Source: Obrimoposthia wandeli
Taxonomy: Eukaryota
Direction of reading: 5' to 3'
Assembly: GCA_977020255.1 (NCBI GenBank)
Contig: CDROCS010000506.1
Span: forward strand, 3,658,001-3,722,000
DNA: 64,000 bases
Part shown: positions 36,029 to 46,734 of the stretch, piece after piece
Layout of the letters: every line of letters begins with the position of its first letter
Position numbering within the stretch: position 1 is the first letter of the stretch
Program-made: the position numbers and the translations under genes
Notes under the pieces: generated by a model
What the model saw: the letters and a program-made list of their open reading frames with translations, nothing else
Databases searched by the model: none
What the model was told of the DNA's origin: nothing

Positions 36029-38887
36029 ATGAAAAAATCTCTCTCTTTCAGAGCGTTTATCACCACTGTTTGTGTCTCTATCATTTTATTACTGAGCATT
36101 GTACTGATTCGAGTCAGTATTAATCATTCTCGTGAAGTCACAACCAGCCTTGCTGAAGATATAGTCGCAAGTCATGCCGAAGCGCTGACTGGTAGAATGG
36201 GCTTACTGGGTACGCCTTTGGCTACCTTGCTTGATACCTTAGCGTTTAACGACTTCGTTCATTCCACATTAGACGTTAAAGACCGTGTCTGGCTGGGAAC
36301 ATTAGCTAAAATATTGGCTAAAAGTCCGCATCTATCGACACTGTACTTTGGTGATGAAAATGGTAATTCCTTTGTGGTTAGCCCGATTTATGATACTCGT
36401 GTTCGACAGGGATTAGGCGCCCCTGAACATTCGGTTATCATGGTCGATTACAATCAATTTAGTGGCGATCGAACCCGTATTTTCTTTGATCGAAATATGT
36501 TTGTCATTACCGAATTTATTTATGATAACGATAATTATGATCCGCGAGTTAGGCCTTGGTTTATTGAAACCTTGGAAGGTGGCAATATTAATGTGACCGA
36601 ACCATATTACTTTTATTTCTCCGAACATTTTGGCATTACTTTTTCACGTCGTTCCCTTGATGGAAAAAGTGTTATAGCAGCCGATTTCACGCTTGATTCG
36701 CTTAACAATGTTATGACCGAAATGGCCTATTCAGCAGATTCTAAAATATACTTGTTTACGGCGAAAGAAAGCTTATTAGCAAGCAATCAAATAATTAAAG
36801 CAGATGACCCCACCAAAAAAGTAGAATTAAAAAACTTGGGATTAAAAGCGTTTATTCCAAATTTAAGTCATGTGAATAGAGTTGAGGGTGAAAGTCGCCG
36901 TATTAGCTGGGAAGGGCAAGAGTGGCAGTTAATCATTACCCCGATGGTGATGAGCGAATATGAAATTTTATATTTAGTGAATGTCGTCTCGTTAGAGTCG
37001 GTATTGGCGGATTCTAATAATTTTTATAATGACTTATTATTGATCTCTTTAGCCGTGGTGGTGTTATCACTATTTATTGTGATCATTGCGACTCGCCATG
37101 TGGTGCGCCCACTGACATTCTTAGTTAAATCTTTGAAAGATATACAGCGATTTAGCTTTAAAAGACGCCCATATAAAAGCTCTGGTATTACAGAGATAGA
37201 TCAAATAAATGAAACCATGTTGATGATGGAAGAAGTGCTATTTAACTTTATTAAAAATCTGAAACAGGTTGCGCGATCAACTGCGCCAGAAGAGATGTCA
37301 TCGTCTTTGGTATCGCAGGTTCAAGACATTTTAAAATCAGATGATTGTTTGCTGTTTACTAATTCCTTGCCGTCTCGGTCAGAGTTTTCATTAGCGGCGA
37401 AAATTGGTGATTATGGTCAGATGAATCTACAAGTATTATTCGATAGTAATCCGGCTGCTTTTGAACAATCGATATATGAGTTGAGCTCAAGTGAAATGAC
37501 ACGGTTGTCAACGCAGCACCACGCTGGTTTTATTATGCCGCTGTTTAATCGCAATAAGCAAAATACCGGTGCGTTGTTAATTTGTTTTAACGATAAGGTC
37601 GATGCTGATATTCGTGGACGGTTAGCATTTGTGCAAGAGTTTATCGGTTTTAACGAACTGGTCTTAGAACACTTGGAAGCAATAGAAGAACAAACGAATT
37701 TATTCCATGCGTTTGTGATGATGATAGCCAGTGCTGTTGACGTTAAGTCTGCTTATACCGGAGTGCACTGTAAACGCGTACCTGATATCACGCAGATGTT
37801 GGCGGAGAAGGTGGTGGCTGATAAGGGCGCATTTACCCATTTTGATATGGATAAAAAACAATTGGAAGAGTTGTTACTAGCGGCTTGGTTACATGATTGC
37901 GGTAAGGTATCAACACCAGATTTTATCATGGACAAATCGACTAAATTGGAAACGGTATATGACCGTATTCATGAGATCAGAATGCGCTATGAAGTACTGA
38001 AACGGGATGCCGAAATAGGGTATTTAGAATCTGTGCTTAAGGGTAATGATAAGCTAGAAGCGCAAGCACAATGTGAGCAGCTAAAACTAACGCTGGATCA
38101 TGAGTTTGCTTTTGTCGCAGAGTGTAATCTCGGCAGTGAATTTATGGCTGATGATAAAATTGCACGCTTGGAGCAACTGGCTCAACGTACTTGGTTACGT
38201 ACTTTACCTGATGATATAGGTATTTCTCACCAAGAAAAAGTGAAGAAAATAGCACAAATATTACCGGCTATTGAAACTGTTCTTACTAATAAAGTTGAAC
38301 ATTTATATGCCTGGGATGAGAAGAAGAAGTTGCAAGTTAATGGTCTGAGGGACTTTAAAATCAAGCAGCCAGAGTATCAATATAACCGTGGCGAGTTATA
38401 TAACTTAGGTATTAAAGCGGGGACGTTAACAGCGGAAGATCGCTACAACATTAATGAGCATATCGTGCAAACTTATATGATGCTAGATCAACTGCCATAC
38501 CCTGAGCATTTAAAGAATGTGCCGATTATTGCCGGTAGTCATCATGAGCGTATTGATGGTAAAGGTTATCCATTAGAGTTGGCTGGGGAAGAGATCCCGT
38601 TGCAAGGACGCATTATTGCTGTAGCAGATGTATTTGAAGCATTAACCGCATCGGATCGCCCGTACAAAGAGGCGAAGCCATTAAGTTTAGCACTTAAAAT
38701 TATGGCGAATATGGTAAAAGATAAACACTTGGATCGGGAATTATTTGACTTATTCCTAACGACAGGCGTATATAGTCAATACGCAGCCGAATATTTAACA
38801 TTGCAGCAGATTGATGTTGTTGATATTGATAGTATTCGTGGCATTTATCTTCCGACTATCGATGACGATTCATTGATCGCTAAGTAA
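36029..38887 (+). CDS. Membrane HD-GYP c-di-GMP phosphodiesterase (Cache + HAMP + GAF-like + HD-GYP)
   Basis: YDPRVRPWF Cache motif between TM helices; WLHDCGK; [11 protein letters not shown]; VADVFEALT. Confidence 0.9.
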   Translation: MKKSLSFRAFITTVCVSIILLLSIVLIRVSINHSREVTTSLAEDIVASHAEALTGRMGLLGTPLATLLDTLAFNDFVHSTLDVKDRVWLGTLAKILAKSPHLSTLYFGDENGNSFVVSPIYDTRVRQGLGAPEHSVIMVDYNQFSGDRTRIFFDRNMFVITEFIYDNDNYDPRVRPWFIETLEGGNINVTEPYYFYFSEHFGITFSRRSLDGKSVIAADFTLDSLNNVMTEMAYSADSKIYLFTAKESLLASNQIIKADDPTKKVELKNLGLKAFIPNLSHVNRVEGESRRISWEGQEWQLIITPMVMSEYEILYLVNVVSLESVLADSNNFYNDLLLISLAVVVLSLFIVIIATRHVVRPLTFLVKSLKDIQRFSFKRRPYKSSGITEIDQINETMLMMEEVLFNFIKNLKQVARSTAPEEMSSSLVSQVQDILKSDDCLLFTNSLPSRSEFSLAAKIGDYGQMNLQVLFDSNPAAFEQSIYELSSSEMTRLSTQHHAGFIMPLFNRNKQNTGALLICFNDKVDADIRGRLAFVQEFIGFNELVLEHLEAIEEQTNLFHAFVMMIASAVDVKSAYTGVHCKRVPDITQMLAEKVVADKGAFTHFDMDKKQLEELLLAAWLHDCGKVSTPDFIMDKSTKLETVYDRIHEIRMRYEVLKRDAEIGYLESVLKGNDKLEAQAQCEQLKLTLDHEFAFVAECNLGSEFMADDKIARLEQLAQRTWLRTLPDDIGISHQEKVKKIAQILPAIETVLTNKVEHLYAWDEKKKLQVNGLRDFKIKQPEYQYNRGELYNLGIKAGTLTAEDRYNINEHIVQTYMMLDQLPYPEHLKNVPIIAGSHHERIDGKGYPLELAGEEIPLQGRIIAVADVFEALTASDRPYKEAKPLSLALKIMANMVKDKHLDRELFDLFLTTGVYSQYAAEYLTLQQIDVVDIDSIRGIYLPTIDDDSLIAK

Positions 38888-38898
38888 AAGGTTACCAC

Positions 38899-39786
38899 TT
38901 GATTAACACCCATAAATTTACCCTCGCAGGCTGTTTAGCTATTCTATTATGGAGCACTATTGTTGGGCTTATTCGTAATGTAGCGGAGCAGCTTGGCCCC
39001 ATTGGTGGTGCAGCCATGATCTATACCGTCAGCTCGGTATTTCTGTGGGTGTTTTTAGGCGCGCCTAAGTTGAAACTTTTCCCGACCCGCTATCTGCTGA
39101 TTGGCGGTGGTTTGTTTGTGAGTTATGAAATTTGCTTGTCTTTAGCGCTGGGAATGGCGAACGATCGCACTCAAGCGGTAGAGATGGGCGTGATTAACTA
39201 TCTATGGCCTTCGTTAACTGTGTTAATGGCGGTGTTTATAAGCAATAAACCCGTGAATAAACTATTGTATCCTGCTATCGCGTTGTCGTTCTTTGGCGTT
39301 GCTTGGACGGTTGGCGGTGATGAAGGTATTTCGATTAGTCAGCTGACAAGTAATATCGCCACTAATCCTGCAAGCTATTCGATGGCCTTTTTTGGTGCCT
39401 TTATTTGGGCATTTTATTGTAATATCACCAAGAAACTCGCTAACGGTATGAATGGCATTACTTGGTTCTTTATCGGTACTGCAATTGCGCTGTGGATCAA
39501 ATATTTAATCAGTAATGAACCTGCGATGGAATTTACCACTGAGGCGACGTTTGATTTGTTACTTGCGGGTATTGTTATGGGCAGTGGTTACGCGTTGTGG
39601 AACATTGGTATTCTTGGGGGCAACATGGTGTTTTTGGCGACGTTGTCGTATTTTACGCCTATTCTATCGACATTCTTTTCGGCAATGATACTGAATATAG
39701 AATTGACGACCAAGTTTTGGCAAGGTGTGGTGATGGTAACCGTCGCCTCGTTAATATGTTGGTGGTTAACGCGAGAAAAGTCGTGA
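38899..39786 (+). CDS. yddG: Aromatic amino acid DMT exporter
   Basis: YEICLSLALG, NYLWP, LSYFTP; 10 TM segments; TTG start. Confidence 0.85.
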   Translation: MINTHKFTLAGCLAILLWSTIVGLIRNVAEQLGPIGGAAMIYTVSSVFLWVFLGAPKLKLFPTRYLLIGGGLFVSYEICLSLALGMANDRTQAVEMGVINYLWPSLTVLMAVFISNKPVNKLLYPAIALSFFGVAWTVGGDEGISISQLTSNIATNPASYSMAFFGAFIWAFYCNITKKLANGMNGITWFFIGTAIALWIKYLISNEPAMEFTTEATFDLLLAGIVMGSGYALWNIGILGGNMVFLATLSYFTPILSTFFSAMILNIELTTKFWQGVVMVTVASLICWWLTREKS

Positions 39787-39840
39787 TAGTATAAATATTG
39801 ATATGGGAAGATAAACATCACCTAAAGGGAGTTAGCATAG

Positions 39841-40146
39841 ATGATTACTTGTTATGTAAAGTATGTGATTGATGCATCGAAGGTTAGAGAGTTTGAAGAA
39901 TACGCTAAAATGTGGATACCGCTTGTTGAGACATTTGGCGGAAAACACAGTGGTTACTTCTTACCTTCAGAAGGGGCTAGCAATATCGCATTGGCTTTGT
40001 TTTCGTTTCCAAGTTTAGCGGCTTATGAAGAATATCGCCTTAAGTCAGTAGATGACGATGCATGTATTAAAGCGTTTCAATTTGCAGAAGATACTAACTG
40101 TATTGTGAGTTATGAACGTAGCTTTTTTAGACCAGTATTTAGTTAG
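39841..40146 (+). CDS. NIPSNAP family protein
   Basis: GYFLPSEGASNIALALFSFPSLAAYE.YR. Confidence 0.85.
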   Translation: MITCYVKYVIDASKVREFEEYAKMWIPLVETFGGKHSGYFLPSEGASNIALALFSFPSLAAYEEYRLKSVDDDACIKAFQFAEDTNCIVSYERSFFRPVFS

Positions 40147-40164
40147 TGGCACTGAGGAATTATA

Positions 40165-40662
40165 GTGATGCTACTGACCAAGCGGCTTAACTTACGTGCC
40201 TTTTCGCTATCTGATAAAGAGACTATTATTGGTCTATTATCAGATACGGATTTTATGGTCTATTCACCAACAGGGGTAATGACGCGTTCTCAAGCTGAAC
40301 GCCGTTTTAGCTCACTTCTAAGAGCATTTGAGGACAGTGGAATAGGCAAGTTTGCTGTGATTGAACGGTCAAGCGGTGAGCTTATTGGCTATTGTGGAAT
40401 AGAATTATTTGAATATGAGAATGCTGCCGAAGTAGAGTTGGGCTACCGCTTGAAGCTCTCGGCTAGAGGTAAAGGTTATGCATTTGAAGCAAGCAAAGCA
40501 GTATTAGAATTTGCTACAAAACTTGGCTATCAGCGAGTGTTTGCATTTACTGAACCTGATAATACCCCCTCTCAACACATCCTCATTAAATTGGCATTCA
40601 TGCTCCGTGAACAAGGTGTTCATCAAGGCATGGCAATCCAGTATTTTCAAAAGACTCTCTAG
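40165..40662 (+). CDS. GNAT acetyltransferase (RimJ/RimL type)
   Basis: TKRLNLR, ELGYRL..RGKGYA.EA, N.PSQ. Confidence 0.85.
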   Translation: MMLLTKRLNLRAFSLSDKETIIGLLSDTDFMVYSPTGVMTRSQAERRFSSLLRAFEDSGIGKFAVIERSSGELIGYCGIELFEYENAAEVELGYRLKLSARGKGYAFEASKAVLEFATKLGYQRVFAFTEPDNTPSQHILIKLAFMLREQGVHQGMAIQYFQKTL

Positions 40663-40723
40663 CCATCTCTGCCGTATAAGTGCAAGGATGATGAACGTTT
40701 GAATATCACTGTTATGTATAAAC

Positions 40724-41998
40724 CTACCGTTTATTATTTACATCATATGGCTTATTAACCCATTGATCTCGACCTAACGATTTTGCTTCATAGAGGGCGT
40801 CATCAGCTGTCTTAACTATGTTCTTAATCGTCGGTTCATTAAGCGCTGTCGAGAGTGTCGCGCCTATACTGCAGGTTATCTTGATATCAGGTTGTTTTGG
40901 TATGTTAACGTGTCTGACACTATCTAGTACGCGCTGTACTGTTTTTTCTAATTCATCGTTTGATACATTTTTTAAAATAATTGCAAACTCTTCCCCACCA
41001 ATGCGCGCATGAAAATCGTTACCTTCCGGTAGTATTGCTGAAACTGCATTTACCACAGCAACTAAACATTCATCGCCCACATCATGGCCGTATTGATCAT
41101 TAATTTGTTTAAAGTGGTCTAAATCATAAATGATGATTGCGAGTGGCAGGCTATTAGCACATTTTTGATTGATGATATTATCACTGAATTCTTCATATGA
41201 ACGACGGTTGGCAATTAATGTCAGCGAATCTGTATACGCCATTTCATTTAATATAGTTGTACGTATTTTTACTTTTCGGTCTAATTCTTGAGATTGACGG
41301 TGAGTTCGTTTGAGGGTGATAAACATACCCAATAAACTGATAACCGAAAATGCCATGAAGATAATATAAGAATAGCGAACGAGAGTAGCTAGCCCATCAT
41401 TACCGCCCTCTAGAGGCACTGTCACATCAATTGCACCACGCATATCACCTACTTGCCAATCTTTTTTAGGGCTATTGGGGTGATAGTTATGACAATTCAC
41501 ACAGCTTGTTTCCATGTAGATAGCTTCTGCATGGCGTAATACTGGGGTTCCGCCGAGTTCTTCTATACGCTCAAACACAGGTGTTGAAGTACTTAACACT
41601 GCGAGTGCATCACGTTGAAATTTATCTTGAGGGCCGCCTGTTAGTGCTCTGCTTTTAAATGGGTATTTACTGTAGGTGTGAATAATAATACCGGCTTCAC
41701 GGTTTGATACCTTTTCACCAAGCTCAATGGCAAATGTTGCGGGGTTTGGTATTGATAGTGGTTTACCATGATATAACGTTTCAACGGTAATATCTGGATG
41801 TAAGCTTATTTGTGCTATGTCTGCGCTATATGATACTCGAGCTTGGTTAACGGTTGTTGCGATGACCTCAGCCGTGCGGCTTGCTAGTAGTGTCGTGGTC
41901 GAATTTTGAAATTTTTGAACGGCAAATAATGAAATACTAGCCATAAGCATAAAGATAACACTGAAAAAAGCGATAGCGTGAGTTTGAGTTATCTTCAT
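40724..41998 (-). CDS. Diguanylate cyclase with a periplasmic DUF3365 heme-c sensor
   Basis: CVNCH in ..DWQVGDMRGAIDV context; DLDHFKQINDQYGH; GGEEF. Confidence 0.9.
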   Translation of the reverse strand: MKITQTHAIAFFSVIFMLMASISLFAVQKFQNSTTTLLASRTAEVIATTVNQARVSYSADIAQISLHPDITVETLYHGKPLSIPNPATFAIELGEKVSNREAGIIIHTYSKYPFKSRALTGGPQDKFQRDALAVLSTSTPVFERIEELGGTPVLRHAEAIYMETSCVNCHNYHPNSPKKDWQVGDMRGAIDVTVPLEGGNDGLATLVRYSYIIFMAFSVISLLGMFITLKRTHRQSQELDRKVKIRTTILNEMAYTDSLTLIANRRSYEEFSDNIINQKCANSLPLAIIIYDLDHFKQINDQYGHDVGDECLVAVVNAVSAILPEGNDFHARIGGEEFAIILKNVSNDELEKTVQRVLDSVRHVNIPKQPDIKITCSIGATLSTALNEPTIKNIVKTADDALYEAKSLGRDQWVNKPYDVNNKR

Positions 41999-42294
41999 TT
42001 TAATACCATTACCAAGATTAGGGTTATTTTTTAGGTAAGGATAATAGATTCAATGGTAAATTATCGAATAGATTAGAGATAGGGTGACGGACAGCACAGT
42101 TATATTGCGCCTTAGCGAATTATTATAAAGTATGTTGTGGTAACTTAAATGAATGATATGGCTATACATATACCATTTAAAAATAATGCTATATGTATAG
42201 TTATAATTAATTTTGAATTTTAGCCTGTTTTTGCAGTCTAAACTCAATGTGCATTTAAATGATGAATTAAGATTGAGTGAGGAGTGGCGATAAA

Positions 42295-42735
42295 ATGAGA
42301 ACAATCGGTAATATAATCTGGTTTCTGTTTGGTGGTGCGGTCATGGGATTGGCATGGGTACTATTTGGCGTATTAGCGTTTGTTAGTATTGTCGGGATCC
42401 CGTGGGGGCGATCTTGTTTTGTTATTGCAGGTTTTTCTTTTTTCCCGTTTGGTAAAGAAGCTATCTATCGTGATGAGCTAACACGCGCTGAAGATATAGG
42501 TACTGGTAGTTTTGGTTTTGTTGGTAACGCGCTGTGGTTTATCTTTGCGGGTGTGTGGCTAGCACTTGGTCATGTGGCGTCTGCGATAGCTTGTTTCGTG
42601 ACTATTATTGGTATTCCGTTTGCATTACAACATCTGAAGCTAGCGGTTATCTCGCTTGCCCCAATAGGACAAACGATTGTAGATAAAGACGTTGCGGCAA
42701 TGGCGCGTTATAAGAACAACAAATTTAAGCTGTAA
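42295..42735 (+). CDS. yccF: YccF-family inner membrane protein
   Basis: MRTIGNIIWFLFGG; IIGIPFA.QH.KLA..L.P.G. Confidence 0.85.
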   Translation: MRTIGNIIWFLFGGAVMGLAWVLFGVLAFVSIVGIPWGRSCFVIAGFSFFPFGKEAIYRDELTRAEDIGTGSFGFVGNALWFIFAGVWLALGHVASAIACFVTIIGIPFALQHLKLAVISLAPIGQTIVDKDVAAMARYKNNKFKL

Positions 42736-42744
42736 ATTTAAAGC

Positions 42745-43983
42745 TTAAGCCGTGCGCAGTGCAAGGCATTTAAACGCTTCACTGTCTTGATCTGCTTTAA
42801 CACAGACACTCAGTAAATCATCAATAAAGTGCAGGAATGCACGATACTCAATTTGCTTCACTTGTGCTTGTTGTGTCTCAGTGAGCATATGGTACATAGT
42901 CGCAGCACCAAAATCGCCAAAGATGATATTCGCATCGACATCAAACAAGGTGTTGTGGGCGTATAAATCACCATGGCACACTTGATTGTCGTGTAAATGG
43001 GTAAACACTTCATCCATCTGTGAAACCATCTTGTCTATTTGCGTAATAGACAACGTAAAGTCAGTAGGGAAGGTATCACGCGTACAGCTATTAAAGCACG
43101 GTGGTAGTCCTAGGTTTGCATAGTGAGCGGGGATCAAGTTCATGATCAGCGCTAAGTAACCGTCTTCTTTTACTTGTGCTAATGATTGCACTAAGCTCGG
43201 GTGGTTACCGACTTTCAAACAAGCTTGTAACTCATCTTCAGGATAACCATCACTGGTTACTTCGCCTTTAAATACTTTTACTGCTATCTCGTCTGGGAAC
43301 TCAGTTTGTTGTTCATTCCAAACAGCTTTTGAGATCACGCCTGATGCGCCTTGGCCAAGTACGTTTTGTAATGTATAGCTTGATGAGGCTAACTGCGGCA
43401 CGCTATCAATCGATACATTAGTTTGGCTAAATGGATTACCGGAAAATGCAAACCAAGCCAGTTTAGGTAAATCCAACAGCTGCTCAGGGCATTCAGTTAG
43501 GCGGTTCGCTGAAATACGTACTAGCTCTAGGTTATGACATTGAGACATGGTCTGTGGTAACTCAGTCAAACAGTTACCTGCGAGCGCTAGTTTTTGTAAA
43601 CGCGGGCGCTCACCTAATGAGTCTGGTAATACTTCAAGGCGGTTATCCGTTAAGATCAACCAGCGTAATTTCAATGGTAATGAAGTTTCCGGTACTTGGT
43701 TAATTTGGTTTGATTTAAAGCCAACCATTTCTAGATTTGGGCATTGGCCAAGTACTTCAGGTAATGTGACAAATTGATTGTTTGAGGCAAACAAGATCTT
43801 TAACTTTGTTAACTGGATTATCTCTTCTGGCAGCGTTGTTAACTGGTTATTTGATAAATCGAGGATCTCTAAGCTGTCAGCCAATGACAAGATTTCGAGT
43901 GGAAAGGTTGTTAGGTTTTCAGATAAAGTTAAGCGCTTAATACCTGTTAATTCACCCGATTTTAGCTGAGATAGAGTCTGCAA
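42745..43983 (-). CDS. Leucine-rich-repeat + protein-kinase-like fusion
   Basis: LxxLxLxxNxL repeats; LGQGASG, AVKVFK, HGDLYAHN, DFG. Confidence 0.85.
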   Translation of the reverse strand: MQTLSQLKSGELTGIKRLTLSENLTTFPLEILSLADSLEILDLSNNQLTTLPEEIIQLTKLKILFASNNQFVTLPEVLGQCPNLEMVGFKSNQINQVPETSLPLKLRWLILTDNRLEVLPDSLGERPRLQKLALAGNCLTELPQTMSQCHNLELVRISANRLTECPEQLLDLPKLAWFAFSGNPFSQTNVSIDSVPQLASSSYTLQNVLGQGASGVISKAVWNEQQTEFPDEIAVKVFKGEVTSDGYPEDELQACLKVGNHPSLVQSLAQVKEDGYLALIMNLIPAHYANLGLPPCFNSCTRDTFPTDFTLSITQIDKMVSQMDEVFTHLHDNQVCHGDLYAHNTLFDVDANIIFGDFGAATMYHMLTETQQAQVKQIEYRAFLHFIDDLLSVCVKADQDSEAFKCLALRTA

Positions 43984-44054
43984 AATAAATTAGCCCGTTA
44001 TTAGAATGATATAAATCCGGGCTAGTTTACGCGAAAATGGAGCAAAAAGGGGGA

Positions 44055-44891
44055 TTAACCACTTAGCTGTGCTTCATTATCGTTACGTTTTGCTACTTTA
44101 TGGCCATCTTCAGTGCACCCTGATTTCCAATAACTGCTGATATAGAGGTTGTCTTTATCGACAGCTTTTTCATTTCTGAAGTATTGGCGTAATGCGCGCA
44201 TGGTTGAAAATTCACAAGCACACCACACTGATACGACACCTGATAACCAGTTTAAGCTTTGTACTTGACTGGCAAGATCGGTATCCGTTGAATTCGCAAT
44301 CACCCAAACAACTTCTATGCCATCTGGTTTGATTAAAGTTTGCTTGTCATCTGTATGGTTAATTTCAACAACGGCATAACCTGTGGCTGCCTGAGGGAGC
44401 TTTTTGAGTTGCGCCGCTAACGCAGGTAGCGCAGTCATGTCTGCCACTAAAAAGTACCAGTCAACGTTTAAATTTATCGGTTTTATTTCCCCTGGACCTG
44501 CAATTGAGATGGTATCGCCAATGCGCGCTGATTGCGACCATGCAGCAGCAAAACCACCGTGTTCACTTACAGTGTGATCAATAACCCTGTCATCAATAGC
44601 TGTTTTATTAATAACGCAGTGCTCATGGCGTACAAAGTCGACATCCAATTGATCGAGTGATCGGCGTAAATGGCGGATGGTATAAGTACGCATTTTAGGG
44701 CGGCTATCTGCCGGTAATTGTGAAATGTCAGTATCACCATTTTCAGTAAACAGGAGCTTAATATAGCCACCTTCAGCATCTGCAGGAAAGTGAGATAAAT
44801 CGTCTGCTTGAAAGCTAATTCGTTGCATGTTTGGTGTTAACTGCTGACTGTCTATTACTGTTAGTAATCTGCTATTTGGCTTCTTACTCAT
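44055..44891 (-). CDS. Siderophore-interacting protein (ViuB/FhuF-like ferric reductase, SIP family)
   Basis: RTYTIR, VDFVRH, AGPG, DMTALPA, YWKSG. Confidence 0.9.
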   Translation of the reverse strand: MSKKPNSRLLTVIDSQQLTPNMQRISFQADDLSHFPADAEGGYIKLLFTENGDTDISQLPADSRPKMRTYTIRHLRRSLDQLDVDFVRHEHCVINKTAIDDRVIDHTVSEHGGFAAAWSQSARIGDTISIAGPGEIKPINLNVDWYFLVADMTALPALAAQLKKLPQAATGYAVVEINHTDDKQTLIKPDGIEVVWVIANSTDTDLASQVQSLNWLSGVVSVWCACEFSTMRALRQYFRNEKAVDKDNLYISSYWKSGCTEDGHKVAKRNDNEAQLSG

Positions 44892-44950
44892 GGTGACTCC
44901 TTAATGCTTAATTGTGAGTTCTTAGTTTTTAGCTATTAATCGTTAGGTAG

Positions 44951-45712
44951 TTATTGCCCGTAGTACATGCAAATACGCTTACCGTTGATTTCGTGAATAT
45001 CAAACTCGGTATCATAAATAGCCGACAATACATCTTTGGTAATGATTTCGGAGACGGTACCGTTGGCAACAACCTTGCCTTTCTTTAGCGCAACAATGTT
45101 ATCGGAATAACAAGAGGCAAAGTTAATGTCGTGGATCACGATCACCACTGCTTTACCTAACTCATGGGCTAAGGTTTTAATGTTTTTCATTATTTGTAAT
45201 GAATGTTTAATATCTAAGTTATTCAGTGGCTCATCTAAAAACACATAGTCAGTATCTTGTGCCACAACCATGGCTATAAAAGCTAACTGACGTTGACCGC
45301 CACTGAGTTCATCAAGGTATTTGTTTTCAATTGGGGTTAAATCTAAATAGCCAATTGCTTTGTCTATGATCTCATTATCGTTAGCGGTCAGTTTGCCCTG
45401 GCTATAAGGATAGCGCCCAAAAGCCACTAATTCTCGTACTGTAAAGCGCATATTGAGATTGTTAGATTGGCGCAGCACGGCTAACTTTTTCGCTAATGCT
45501 TTCGTATCCCAATCCAATACATCTTGGTTATCGATAATCACTGTACCACTATCTTTATTTAATAAACGGCATGCCATCGACAGTACGGTACTTTTGCCTG
45601 CGCCATTGGGGCCAATAATAGAAGTGACTTGGCCTTTAATGAATGAAGCTGAAGCTTGATCGACAACTTTATGATTGCCAAAGGCTTTAGATAAATTAGT
45701 TAATGAAATCAT
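44951..45712 (-). CDS. vctC: Iron-siderophore ABC transporter ATPase (VctC-like)
   Basis: GPNGAGKS, LSGGQRQ, FLDEPLNNLD, IHDIN. Confidence 0.85.
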   Translation of the reverse strand: MISLTNLSKAFGNHKVVDQASASFIKGQVTSIIGPNGAGKSTVLSMACRLLNKDSGTVIIDNQDVLDWDTKALAKKLAVLRQSNNLNMRFTVRELVAFGRYPYSQGKLTANDNEIIDKAIGYLDLTPIENKYLDELSGGQRQLAFIAMVVAQDTDYVFLDEPLNNLDIKHSLQIMKNIKTLAHELGKAVVIVIHDINFASCYSDNIVALKKGKVVANGTVSEIITKDVLSAIYDTEFDIHEINGKRICMYYGQ

Positions 45713-45777
45713 GCTGTTTGCATCCTGGCTGTTCTAGTAAGTTGTAAGTAATTAATCATAAGTAGTTAATCGCCAAT

Positions 45778-46734
45778 CTATTGAATTTTTTGTCGAACAA
45801 GCAGCGATAAAAAGTACAAACCGCCAACAAAGTTAATGACAACACTCAAGGTGGTTGAAAAGCTAAAGACATTCTCGATGATCCATTGCCCTGATAACAG
45901 CATCGACATCGCCATTAAACTACTCGCGATGAGCAATGTTTTATGACGGTAAGTATGGAAAAATTCTCTAGTTAAATTAGCCACCAGTAAACCAAAGAAC
46001 ATGACTGGGCCAACCAAGGCTGTTGATAACGAGATCATGATAGCGACCAGTATCAATACTTGTTTAGTGACGCGGCGAGTATCAACACCTAGACTGATAG
46101 CATTGTCATTGTCTAACCAAAACACATCCAATACCGGTGCGAGCTTAAACAGTAAGGCGCTGACCACAAGCAATGGCACAACGCATAAATACACCAATTC
46201 TTGATTCACATTGTTAAAACTGGCAAATATACTTGACTGAATTGTAAAAAAGTCATTAGGATCAACTAGCATCATAAAAAATGATGACACATTATCAAAC
46301 AGTTGGCCGAAGATAACCCCGAGTAGTAATAACGTGATGACGTTACCTTCACCATTATTACTGCGGAAATAAAAGCTAAACAGCAATAACGAAAAGCCCA
46401 CCATGATAGAAACCGATAAAACAAAGTTAATAAACGGATTTAATAGTAATACGCTGAAGCCACCAAAGATAACCACCACCAACACTTGGGTCAGTAAATA
46501 CAAGCCATCGAAGCCCATAATACTGGGCGTTAAAATACGATTATGGGTAATGGTTTGAAACACTAGTGATGATTGGGCAATGGCAATACTGGCGATGATC
46601 ATAGCTAATACTTTTGGCACACGACGTGATAAAAAGTACTCATAATTTGCAGCATCTAAGCCAACGCCGATGAATAGAAACGTGAAGAGTACCGTGATTA
46701 CCGCCAGTCCGGTGAGTTTCATTGCATCAGACAT
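45778..46734 (-). CDS. vctG: Iron-siderophore ABC permease (VctG-like, FecCD family)
   Basis: FQTITHNRILTPSIMG, GP..FFGL..ANL. Confidence 0.8.
   Translation of the reverse strand: MSDAMKLTGLAVITVLFTFLFIGVGLDAANYEYFLSRRVPKVLAMIIASIAIAQSSLVFQTITHNRILTPSIMGFDGLYLLTQVLVVVIFGGFSVLLLNPFINFVLSVSIMVGFSLLLFSFYFRSNNGEGNVITLLLLGVIFGQLFDNVSSFFMMLVDPNDFFTIQSSIFASFNNVNQELVYLCVVPLLVVSALLFKLAPVLDVFWLDNDNAISLGVDTRRVTKQVLILVAIMISLSTALVGPVMFFGLLVANLTREFFHTYRHKTLLIASSLMAMSMLLSGQWIIENVFSFSTTLSVVINFVGGLYFLSLLVRQKIQ

Noticed and set aside
42050-42304. 84-aa minus-strand ORF in AT-rich DNA
   Set aside because: It has low-complexity composition, a TTG start and lies in a divergent promoter region; most likely spurious.
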